Positions 47,304 through 58,129 of a stretch of 64,000 nt of DNA are shown here, one piece after another. Below the pieces are notes generated by a model. It saw only the letters and a program-made list of their open reading frames with translations. It ran no database searches and was not told the origin of the DNA. The position numbers were made by a program, and so were the translations under genes. The stretch spans positions 21,181,309 to 21,245,308 of the forward strand of contig NC_092379.1 in NCBI RefSeq assembly GCF_030028105.1. The letters run 5' to 3'. The stretch comes from Mobula birostris (Eukaryota). Positions within the stretch are counted from its first letter, which is position 1, and each line of letters begins with the position of its first letter.

Positions 47304-49235
47304 TCATTCCGCATCTGCAGGTACGGTACTTGGTCTCCCTTTCTTCCTTAGCACTTCCTCCTCCACCAAAAGCATCAGCCCCTCGTCTCGCTCCTGCGTC
47401 TGCACAAATTCTTTCCTGGCTAATGTTACGTCCGTCCCAGCTCCCTCACTACCTCTTGCCTCACTACACTCCTTCTTTTCACTTTCTACCCCCTTCTCGT
47501 ACAAGGCTGGCAGAAACGTCTCAGCTAAATTCACTACCGCGGTCCCGTGATGAACCTGTGAGTCCATGGGCGGGGCCTCAATGCTGGCAGGCTGACCTGT
47601 CAATCTCACGACTGGGAACACGATTCCCCCGGCGACGTCATTACCAAGCAAGACTTCCACGCCTTTCATCGGTAATTCGGACCTCACCCCGATCGTGACT
47701 AGTCCAGAGACCAGGTTGCTTTGTAAGTGTACCTGGTGCAAAGGGACTGACTCTGTCCCTTCCCCTACACCTTGGACCTTTACCTCCCCAGTCTGGGTCT
47801 CTGAGCTAAACTCTAATACACTCTTCAGTATTAGTGGCTGACACGCTCCCGTGTCTCTCCAGATCCGCACTGGAACTGGTTTTAACCCCTCCTTTGCCGA
47901 CACCAATCCGGCCGAGATAAACCTCTCGCGCCCTGCCTGATCGTTGGCAGGCCTGTCCTTCCTTAGCGGTTCATTTACCAGCTCGATACAGCCAGTCAAA
48001 ATTGCTGTTTTTCCTTTTCCCGTCTCCTTCTTTGGGGCAAAGCACCTGGACGCAAAGTGTCCGGCTTTCCCGCAATTATAACAGATGACCCCAGGAGACT
48101 TCCTGCCAGACTGCTCCTGGTCTACCTTATCCTTCTCTCTAGTCCCCGGCTTACTTTCTGACTTTTCTGGCGGACTCTCCCCGCCGTCCTGACTACCCTT
48201 CAGGTAGCCTTTACTCGGGGCAAACTTCATTTTATGCGTCAACGCGTACTCATCCGCTAATTTAGCAGTTGCGGCGAACGTGGCTGCCTCTTTCTCATCT
48301 AGGTAGGGTCTCATACCCTCAGGGACACAACCTTTAAACTGCTCAATCAGGAACCGCTGTAGCAGTCTGTCATAATCCCCATCTACCACCTTCGAGGCGC
48401 ACCAACGCTCACAATATGTCTGCATCTCACGGGCAAACTCTAAATACGTGCGGCCCCACTGCTTCCTCGCATTCCGGAACCTCTGCCGGTATGCCTCCGG
48501 GACCAACTCATAAATCCTGAGGATGGCCTCTTTCACCACCTCATACCTCTGGGCATCTTCCGCTGACAAAGCTGAGTAAGCTTGTTGGGCTTTCCCTTTC
48601 AGTACACTTTGAAGCAAAACAACCCACATATCCCTCGGCCATTCCAGCCTAACTTCCTGGGTCACCCGGAACCCTCCACCTTGGTTCAGCACGAGCCCCT
48701 GCTCGGCCCTTATCTTTAACTTCTCCAGCTCAAATTCCCTTTCCCTTTGCCTCTCTCTCTCTTCTCGCTCCCATTGCCTCTCTTTCTCTTCTCTCTGCAA
48801 CTGTTTCTCCCTCTTTCTCTCTGGCCTTTCTAACTCTCTCTCTTGCCTTTCTAACTCTTTCTCTTTCTCCCGCCTTTCTAACTCTCTCTCTTTCTCCTGC
48901 CTTTCTAACTCTCTCTCTTCCTCCTGCCTTTCCTGCTGCTTCTCTTCATGTTCTAACTGTCGTACCCGGAACTCGTGCTCGAGTCTCAGTTTTTCAAGCT
49001 GTACCTGTACCGCGTCTCCGGCAGGTTTTTCAATAGACACCACCCCCAGCTCGCCTTGGGGAAACACACCTTTAGATGCATAGTGCTCTATGATAGCTCT
49101 GTGTATCTCCTCTCTCCTCATTGTCAACTTCCCCTTAGCAAGATTCAACAGTTTGGCCACAGCTACCAATTCCGATTTCCTGGCATCCTCTAATGCCTCC
49201 AAGGTCGGCGCCTTTATAAATTCCTCAGCCTCCAT
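47304..49235 (-). CDS. Gag-protease ORF of the Gmr1-like element, 643 aa (coiled coil, SCAN-like capsid domain, CCHC knuckle, aspartic protease)
   Basis: Open ORF with an E/R-rich repeat, YELVPEAYRQRFR...IEQFKGCVP (SCAN-like), CYNCGKAGHFASRC, and RDTGA. Confidence 0.88.
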   Translation of the reverse strand: MEAEEFIKAPTLEALEDARKSELVAVAKLLNLAKGKLTMRREEIHRAIIEHYASKGVFPQGELGVVSIEKPAGDAVQVQLEKLRLEHEFRVRQLEHEEKQQERQEEERELERQEKERELERREKEKELERQERELERPERKREKQLQREEKERQWEREERERQREREFELEKLKIRAEQGLVLNQGGGFRVTQEVRLEWPRDMWVVLLQSVLKGKAQQAYSALSAEDAQRYEVVKEAILRIYELVPEAYRQRFRNARKQWGRTYLEFAREMQTYCERWCASKVVDGDYDRLLQRFLIEQFKGCVPEGMRPYLDEKEAATFAATAKLADEYALTHKMKFAPSKGYLKGSQDGGESPPEKSESKPGTREKDKVDQEQSGRKSPGVICYNCGKAGHFASRCFAPKKETGKGKTAILTGCIELVNEPLRKDRPANDQAGRERFISAGLVSAKEGLKPVPVRIWRDTGACQPLILKSVLEFSSETQTGEVKVQGVGEGTESVPLHQVHLQSNLVSGLVTIGVRSELPMKGVEVLLGNDVAGGIVFPVVRLTGQPASIEAPPMDSQVHHGTAVVNLAETFLPALYEKGVESEKKECSEARGSEGAGTDVTLARKEFVQTQERDEGLMLLVEEEVLRKKGRPSTVPADAE

Positions 49236-49334
49236 TTCTGCTGTTTGTCTTTTCTTTCTTTTGGGAATTTTGACCCAATCAATTTACTCCGTCCCAAATT
49301 TAGCATTCAAAATCGCGGACGAGAACCCCACTTA

Positions 49335-50185
49335 TGTTACGTACCCCGTAACTGGGTTGCCAAACCAGCAGAAATGGATCACTCAGTTGGAGTCTGGATT
49401 ACTAGAACTAAGAAAGTTTTATTAAAGAAACAAGCAACACAGTACTCCAATCAAAAGGATAATAAATGCAACAGTTCAGCAATGATAAACACACCTGTGC
49501 ACAGAATTAAGATAACAGGATCAATCAAGCTCTATCGTTGTCTAGGGGTAAATGACCAGTTTCAAAGTGACACAAAGTTCAGTTCAATTTAGTTCAGTTC
49601 GCAGTAATCGTTGCCATGGCGATGGACAGTGGAGGGAAGGAGAGAGAACAAAACAAATGAATATCCAACACAGCTTCCACACAGACCTTCGCAGTCAGCT
49701 TTCGGGCGAGTCCTCTGTGATGTCATCTGAGGTCACCAACCCTTCCGTTTCCAGATACGATCGTTTCCCTGCGTTGAACCTGGTACCCAGGCAAGGGTGG
49801 ACGCACACCAGGTTCCCACCGATCATGCCTTTCCACCCTGAGCGTCTAAGGCTTGATCCCGCGATCAGCCGTCCAAAAGCTTCCCACCGACTTCTGAGAG
49901 GCGCACCACTTCCAGGGTCTCGTTACCTCGGGTGTCGTGTGTGTCCTGCCTTAGTGAACCTGTCCCTTTTTATCCCCCTGCTGGGGTATCGCCTGTCCAT
50001 CACTTCAAACAGTTCAGGGTTCAAAGGGGGAGCCGCTCTTGACAGCTCTCCTTCCCCTTCATTACACATCTCCAAATGCTGCTCCATTGTTTTCCTTATC
50101 TCTCTCTCTCCTGAAGACAGGTGGCAGACCAACTGCTGATCACACAGGACAGCGAACATCTTAATCTACGTGGATTCTTGTCACA
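49335..50185 (-). repeat. 5' LTR (851 bp)
   Basis: Direct repeat of 45713-46189; 7 mismatches counted in the first ~124 aligned bases. Confidence 0.93.
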
Positions 50186-53100
50186 CAATCTCTTCCTTCT
50201 TGAGTGGATCTGCGTTGATATCAAGGTCCTCTGCGTCTATTCAGTAAATCTCTGAAATGCCCTGTCCATCATTCTTCGTGCATTTGTCAAAAGTAGACAG
50301 TTCTTAACTCTCATGGGGCTACTAGGTCTGGCTTGGAACTTTCCACATACCAATTTTGAAATCGTGTATATATTTTCCTGATCACGTCAATTGGCTGCTG
50401 CTGTGGCCAGCATGCAAGGTCTTCCATGTAGACTCTTTTATCCATTCTTAAAAGCTCTTCACATTCTTGCTAGCTTCAGTGAATGCCAGTTGAAGTTTCA
50501 CCTTAATTTGTGTTGACTTTGCATCGAACACTTTCATCCTGATTTTTTATCTTTCTTCTAAGGCTGTCCCATGTTTTCTGCTGTATGCATTCTTTGTTTT
50601 TCTTTCCAGCTCTGTAATGTAGACAAGCCTCGCTGATCTCCTTGAACACTGACACAATCTGTTTCCACATCGTGTTGATCTTGTACACTGACACATCCTC
50701 GCCAAGGCCTGAAATCGGTTCTTTAAGTTGAATGATGACAGCAGGTCTCACACTGGTGTCCTTGAACTTCTCAACATCAAGACGTCTTTGTACATGTGCT
50801 CTGGTCCCAGTGGTTCTCAGCATGAGTGCTTGAAGAAGGAGCAAGTTGGCTTCAGGAAGAATAGAGGCTCTGTCAACCAGATCTTCATGCTATGCAACAT
50901 CACAGAGCAGTGCACAGAGTGGCAGAGACAACGATACATCAATTTCATGGACTTTGAAAAGGCTTCTGATAGCATCCACAGGGAGAGCCTCTGCTGAATT
51001 CTCAGATCATATAGGATCCCTTCCAAAATTGTCCAGCATATCTTGAGTTTTCATTTCACGTTTGGATCAGGTAAAGTTCTAGTCATTGCATAACAGGAAC
51101 AATGTGGATGCTTTGGAGAGGGTGAAGAATGGATTCAGTTCAGTGTTGTTTGGATTGGAGCATATTAGCTGCAAGGAGAGGTTGGATAACCTTGGTCTGT
51201 TTTTGCTGGAGCTTTGGAGACTGTGGGATGGACTGACAGAAGTATGCAAATTTATGAGGAGCATAGACAGTCACAGCCTTTTTCTAGAGTAGAAACCTCA
51301 AATGCCAGCAGTTTCAGGTGAGGGGGAAATGTATAAATGAGATTTATGAAGCAAAATTTTGGTCGATATCTGGAGTGTGTTGCCAGAGGAATTGATAGCA
51401 GCATATAAGACAACAAGATTGATCAATGAAGAACCAAGTGGTCCCATAAAATCCTAAAGTGGTCACTGGTGATGAGGTTATTTGGTGAGTAAGTGCCACT
51501 TTCCAACACTGTCAACTATGGCTCCCATCACTTTTCTGAAGATTGAGCAGACGAATTGGGCTATTATTGTCTAATTAGATTTGTCCTGTATTTTGAGAAT
51601 GGACATACTGGGCAATTTTTCCCATTCTAATGCAGATATCAATGTTGTATCTGTACTGGAGCAGTTTCGTTGGAACTATCAGTATAATGGCATTGGGCCA
51701 GAGCACAAATTTCCTACTTGCAGTGTAAATAAGCACTGCCATCAATCTGAGCCCATCTGTTTTCTTCCCATAGAAGACAATATTTAAGTTTGGTTCAAGT
51801 CAACATTATATTGTTAATTCCCAGAAGATAGATGTCTCCATGCTTGCAGGGACTCCTTCTCCCTTCAGGGTTTCAGTCACATTCGTCAATCCGCTTTTCA
51901 GTACTACAAGAATTGTTTATTGATATTGGTCCCTGAATCAGAAAAATATTCCCATGCCTTGAGCAGCGAAGTTATTCTCTTTAGTAAGCCTATTTCCTCT
52001 GGAAGGCCCCCTGTTCAGATTAAGTCAAGCCACATCTCCTACAGGAAACTGAGAAGGAAATATCCCCTATATCGCTGCCCAGTTTCACCCACCTGTCAAG
52101 AATGAGAATATGAAATGTGTTTCTGGTAAATCAACAGCTGCACACAGAGATTCTGTTCAAATTTACCCCGTGCACTGAGTGTCAGAAGGAGGTTGTTCAG
52201 CCCTCCAGTCTATTCCCTCTTAAGCTGACCTGTGTCCGAGCTCCATCTACCCTCCTTGGCTCCACATATTTTAATAATTGAACTCAAGCAAAATTCTATT
52301 AATTTTGAAGTTTCAACTGACACATCCTACCCTACCTCCCCAGTCTTGCACACTTCTCAGGGAGAGTTCCAGATTTCCAGTGCCCTGGATATCCTGAAGT
52401 AACAGATTCTTTGTGTTATCTGCACCATCTTGAATGTTTTTTAACCTCCCGAATTACACTGGCCTTCAATTTTCCACACTTCAGGGAACAAGAGACCAGA
52501 CTGAATATTCTATCCCAGTCCCAGTAGCACTTCACTGTGCCTCGTCCACACAACCCATCTCCAAGGAAAACACATCCTTCCTGAGGGGTGATGCTAAGAA
52601 TCACAGCCGGTGCACCAGATGTGGTCTCATTAGATCTCTACTCCATAGCAGTGTAATATCTACCCCTCTGTATCCCTGTTTTCCCCATTAACTGCACTAC
52701 ATTGAGACTTTTAAGTTAAATATGTCCTCAGGATTAATTAGAACCCAAACCTGCCAGGGGTCTCTCATCCAAAGTGAACATTCCCCATTCCCTCTCTGTC
52801 CACTGGGATTAGTTAATCCTTTATGGAATCTGTGTCAGTCAGCTGACACAGCGGAAACAAGACCTCTCTTGAAACACAAACTCACTAAACAACAACCTCT
52901 ATGACTGTGGGCAGTTTGCCTCCTTATGTTTCTCGCCACACCTGAGTATTTTCATATGTACCTGACTCAACCTACTATTGGCTTGTATTCATTACAGATT
53001 GTTTAAAACTTCCTAGTCTTACTGCTGTTAGATAAAAATCTCACTCACAGCTGGCTATCCCATTCCAGCTCCCACTGCCTCTGTCCCATTCTGAACTGAG

Positions 53101-53269
53101 ATACGGGACATGCTCCACTCTACTCTCTCTCTACGCCCATGACTGTGTGGCTCAGCACAGCTCAAATGCCATCTTCACATTTGTCTGTTGTTGGCAGAAT
53201 CTCAGATGGTGATGAGGAGGGGTACAGAAGTGAGCCAGATTGGCTGGTTGAGTGGTGAGACAATGATGA

Positions 53270-54010
53270 CCTGAACTCAATGCCAGTCAGAGTAATGAAT
53301 TGATTGTAGCTTTCAGGAAGGGAACATGGCGGGGGGCCGGGGGTGACATACACCAGGTATCATTGAGGGATCAGCAGTGGAAAGGGTGAGCAGCTTCAGA
53401 TTCCTGGCTGTCAACATCGCTAAAGATCTATCCTGGGACCAACTTATTGATGAAATGACAAAGAAAGAGGTTACATTTCATTAGGAGTTTGAGATGATTT
53501 GGTGTTTCACCAAATACGCCAGCAAATTTCTACAGATGTACTATGGAGCATTGGATGTGGTTGCCTCACCGTCTGGTACAGACAGGCCACTGCACAGGGT
53601 CAGAAAAAGCTGCAGAGAGTTGCAAACTCGGCCAGCTCCATCACGGGCACCATCTTCCCCAGCACTGAGGACATCTTCAAAAGGCAATGCCTCAAAAAGC
53701 CACATCCATCATTAAAGACCCACATCATACCGGACATGTTCTCCTCTTATTACTACCATCAGAGAGGAGGTACAGGAGCCTGGAGACACACACTCAACAT
53801 TTCAGGAACAGCTTCTTCCCCTCTGCCATCAGATTTCTGAACAGGGAATGAACCAACTTATGAACACTACCTCCTATTTTTGCTCTCGATTTGCATGTGT
53901 TATATATACATGTATCTCATTGTAATTTATGGTTTTTATCTGTTGCACTGTACTGCTGCCACAACACAACAAATTTCACAGCATATGTCAGTGATATTAA
54001 ACCTGCTTCT
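53270..54010 (+). mobile_element. Rex1/Babar-like LINE 3' end
   Basis: FRFLAVNI; ORF 53499-53840 CLTVWY...QKKLQRVANSASSITG...KTHIIP. Confidence 0.72.
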
Positions 54011-54119
54011 GATACTGATGGGAGTGAAGGCAGAAACTAGTTGAGTCTGATGATCTGATATACCTGACCGTAGGTGACCGGTCTGGGCCCAACTGCTACC
54101 GCTGGGAAACAACAGTTCC

Positions 54120-54400
54120 TGAGAAAGAGTTTGGGGTCGGGTGATGGACAGAAAAGTGAAGGGAAAATAAAGAGAGAGGAACATACAGAGAGAGTGAAGG
54201 AGGAAGAGGATAAGAGACATGCAGTGAGAAAGAATGAAATGGGGAGGAAGTGATGAGAGGGTGACAGAAAGGGGAAAGAGGAAATGAGAGAGAAACGATG
54301 TGGATATGCAGTGAGTGTGCAGGAACAGGAGAGTGAAAGTCCCAGGAAGACATAAAGAGAGTGGGAGAGGAACATGGTGAAGGAAAGGAAACACAACAGA
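54120..54400 (+). repeat. GA-rich low-complexity tract
   Basis: Purine-rich run that generates the spurious S/L/F-rich minus-strand ORFs. Confidence 0.7.
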
Positions 54401-54999
54401 TTTTGTTTCTCTCCCGTGACTCTGGTATGACACAGACTTAAATGAAATGTACAGCACAGGAGCAGATTCAGACCAATTATTTCATGTCATTGTTTATTTT
54501 CCACACAAACTTCCAGTCACTCCACCTTTGTGCAACTGGGTTAATTTCTCCTTCTGTTCCCTTTCCCCACATTCACTTCTGTGGGAGAGATCCATATTCT
54601 CCCAAACCTCTGGATAAATAATCCAAATTGGATGATTAGTGATTATTTACAACAGTTTTACTCCCCTGAAGACTGAACAACCTTTCTCTTCCACCCTATC
54701 AGGTATTTTTTATATTCTGTGACGTGGACATGTGCTTTACCCTTCAACCTTCTCATGACCCTTTTTTCCAGGATGTATTTGAGCAGCTAAAATATTCACC
54801 TATTACTAATGAGGTACAAAATGTCCCCGTTTTCACAGGAAAGAGCCCAAGAGTCAAATCCAGCACATTCCAGCATCAATGAGACAGTGTCCCTGCTGGG
54901 AGAATTTCATGGGACTGGGTAAGAGGAGAGTACAAATTGGTTTTTGTCCAAGTTGAAGCATAGGTTTCATGCCTGCATTAACCTGGGTGAAACTTCATG

Positions 55000-55520
55000 A
55001 ACCCTCAGTTCTGGTTGCGCCGTTGTAAGGATGTGGAGGCTTTGCAGAGGGTGTAAAAGATGTTCATGAGCATGTTGCCTGGATTAGAGAATATTAGCTG
55101 TAAGGAGTGGTTGAACAATCTTTGTTTACTCTGGAGTGTCGGCTGAGAGGCAACCTGATAGAGGTTTATGAAAGCATAAGAGTCATCGACAGGGCCGAGA
55201 GTTAGAGTCATTTTCCCAGGGTAAAATGTCATTTCCAAAAGGACAAAGATTTAAGCTGAGGGGTATACCATTTAAAGGAGATTTGTGGGTTGTAGTTATT
55301 ACACACAGAGTGATAGGTGCCTGGAATGCACTGGCAGGAGTGGGGTGAATCAGCATGATAGTACAGTTGAGATACATTTGAAAAAGCACATGACCATTCA
55401 GGATACGGAGGGATGTGGATTCTGTGCTGATAGTTCGGTTTAGATTAATTTGGTGGTGTGGTTGTCACAGTCATCATGGGCTGAAGGGCCTGTTCCTGTG
55501 CTGTACTGTTCTGTGTTGTA
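55000..55520 (+). mobile_element. CR1 3' end
   Basis: Starts GTTCTGGTTGCGCCGTTGTAAGG and ends GGGCCTGTTCCTGTGCTGTACTGTTCT. Confidence 0.75.
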
Positions 55521-57003
55521 GGTTTACTTGAAGCTCAGTAACTATTTGTTATTAATAGCTGACAGATGTCTGAAACTCTGTGATAACATTAACACTCAGT
55601 CCTTACACTTCCTGTCAGGTTTAATTTGAGCAGGGGGCCCTCCCAGTGGAGCTGTGTTACTAAAAAGAATAAACACACTACTTTACATATGTAAATACAA
55701 ATCTAACATTGTGCTTTGCACCAACCAACAGGTTCACATTTACCACACAGAATGAGACAAAATGAATCAAAACCAAAGGACAAAAGACACAGAGACAGCA
55801 AGACCCTCTCCTCGTTACAGAGCATTTGCCTCATGTCAGAAACAGGCTCACTGTAATGATGATTGACTGTTACTGATTGATTTATTGATTATGCTATGGA
55901 ATGAGCAGTTCACATGTATGTACACTTGCGTTTTATGTTCTGTAGCAGTTGGGAGACTCCCACTGACAACTGAAAGTGTGTTTGCTCAGACTGAGCACAG
56001 AAGTCCATCCTGATGACTGTAGTTCAGGTGATCAGATGATTGTGAATTGGCAGCAATCAAGTGGAAAATAAGGGGAAACTAAGAGATGTCACAGACTGCC
56101 TTGTCAATATTCCATCAATGGGCAGAATCCCGGTGTGACATGCTGGAGCTGATGTTTATTGAAGAGAATGAAGGCTGCCTGGTGATTCTAGTTTAGACTG
56201 AAGCAGCCACACAGATCACAATCGCTATGAATCACTAAGCTGGGGGTTATCATTGGCCTGGAAGCTCTCAGGCCCTGAAGATCAGGTTTAACAAACTTGC
56301 ATATTCAGAGAGATTCAGTGATCTGTCATCCAATTGTCACTGCAAGGTTGTCAGCTGATGAGGTCCACAAGTTCAGATATCTACTAAACCTTTCTTTCTG
56401 ACATCTGGACAGTAAAATGTATAGTTTTACTCCTGTAAGAGCCTTAGGCCAGTAGCTTGCTGTTTGATTTTTGTATTCACCTTAAATAAAATAACATCTC
56501 TGAATCGGATTCGTGTCTTTAAACTCTGAATCTATTCTGGTAAGAACAGATTGATAGATCTCACAATACCTGAAAATAACTGTCCTGAAGAAGGTACTGG
56601 ATGGTACTGCCGTACCATTTTGGGAATTTTGTGCTTTCAGATGTCAGATTGGACTACACTCTATTTTCATTGTGGTTTAACTTTATTATGTTTGTTTGTT
56701 TTTAAAATAATTATCAATAAACATGTAATTGTTCAGTGGGTTGCCATTGTCTGTGTATCTACTGGAAACTCTCAGTTTCAGTGGTGGGTATCACATTGCT
56801 CAAATAGGGACTATCTCATTGGTTAATTTCAGCATGGGAATTTGAATGGAATTTCTGCTCCCAGTATTCTGCAGTCATAAGCAATGGGTTTTAATGCCCC
56901 TTCTGACATCTGAAGAACATTAGGTCGCAAAGACATCTGGACCCAACACAAGTTTAAGTTTTGATCAAATAATCCATCAGACAGGCTGGGGAACCCAGCA
57001 TTT

Positions 57004-57301
57004 GGGTGGCATGATAGTGTAGTGGTTAGCAGAATGCTTTCCAGTGCAGGCGACCTGGGGTTCAATTCCTGCCACTGGCTGTAAGGAATTTGTAATTTCT
57101 CCCCGAGAATGTGTGGGTTTCCACCGGGTCTCCGGTTTCCTCTCACAGTCCAAAGACATACCATTTGGTGCTTTAATTGGTCATTGTAAATTGTCCTGTG
57201 ATTAGACTGGGATTAAATCGGGGGATTCCTGAGCAGTGTGGTTCGAAGGGCCAGAAGGGCCTATTCCATGCTGTATGCCAATAAATAAATAAATTAAATA
57301 A
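57004..57301 (+). mobile_element. V-SINE (HE1-like)
   Basis: tRNA head (TAGTGTAGTGG, GGTTCAATTCC), V-domain-like GTGGGTTTCCACCGGGTCTCCGGTTTCCTC, CR1-type tail and (AAAT)n end. Confidence 0.82.
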
Positions 57302-58129
57302 TTTTCATGGACTTTACTGATTTTTGCTATGAGTTCATTCTAAAATGATTCTGAAGTTTCCTCTCATCCTCCTCCATATGGGAGTCCAGTCAATTACTCT
57401 GTCTGAGGAGCTTTCTCAACAAAGTTCACATATTCATTCTAATGAATTTAAACCTGCAGTACTGCCTTTCTCTTCCTCTTTAATTTAAATCCATCTTATG
57501 GATGTCATTTCCATTCCCTTCACTCTTCTATCACTCTGTGTCTGACGTCTCAGTGAGTCAGTAAATTGTGGTGTAAACCATTTCAGCACATCATCCCGTT
57601 GGACTGAGGCATTGCTTCCAGATTCCTCCTCTGACCACATACTTCCTCACCTGCCACTCCCTCTCCTTCTATGACCTGACGTCTGATTTATGCTCCTGTG
57701 AAACACCTTCTGATAATTTCCTATATTAAATCCACATTGTAAATGCAAGTGGTTGCTTTTGGGTAAAATTGTCCAATTATTTTGCATTGCAGACCAACCA
57801 TGTCCACAAATGAGCCACAAAAGTTCTTGACGATGAACGGGGGCTGAGTCCCAAGGAAGTCACATTTTCTATTAGAATGTGCAAGAGCATAGAAAATAAA
57901 ATCAGAAAACTGTGAGGTAGGCAGTGTCTGGGAAAGAACATCAATCACTGGTGATTCTGGTCTGCATTCCCCTTCAGATTGCAGTGAGGTCACACTTACC
58001 TCTTTTGATGCTTAACCCCGGGAACACTTACAATACTTCTGTACTAACCATTAACCACTGAGTCTGTACTAAACTTTAACCAGACTGAGTCTGCACTAAC
58101 CATTATTAACCTCTGAGTCTGCACTAACT

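Larger units (their letters stand above)
45713..50185 (-). mobile_element. Gmr1-like Ty3/Gypsy LTR retrotransposon, internally deleted
   Basis: Both LTRs read TGTGACA...ACGTAACA on minus, with a 4-bp TSD CAAT (45709-45712, 50186-50189). tRNA-Pro-like PBS TGGGGTTCTCGTCCGCGATT (49330-49311) and a purine tract abutting the 3' LTR at about 46190-46201. Remnants follow in gag-PR, probable integrase, RT order. Confidence 0.92.
43810..51050 (+). mobile_element. RTE-clade LINE with inverted middle segment and nested LTR element
   Basis: Plus-strand APE (44400-45200, ...QIDHLMING...KRGADTGSNHH), minus-strand linker/RT start (50820 down to 45210, interrupted by the LTR element), then plus-strand RT continuation (50821-51050, KEQVGFRKNR...DFEKASDSIHRE). 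Confidence 0.8.

Noticed and set aside
53936-54457. Overlapping hydrophobic ORFs resembling membrane proteins
   Set aside because: Products of the GA-rich low-complexity tract.
55627-55640. CTCF-like motif TGAGCAGGGGGCCC as a cluster boundary
   Set aside because: A single partial match (11/14) in 64 kb is not distinguishable from chance without ChIP or conservation data.
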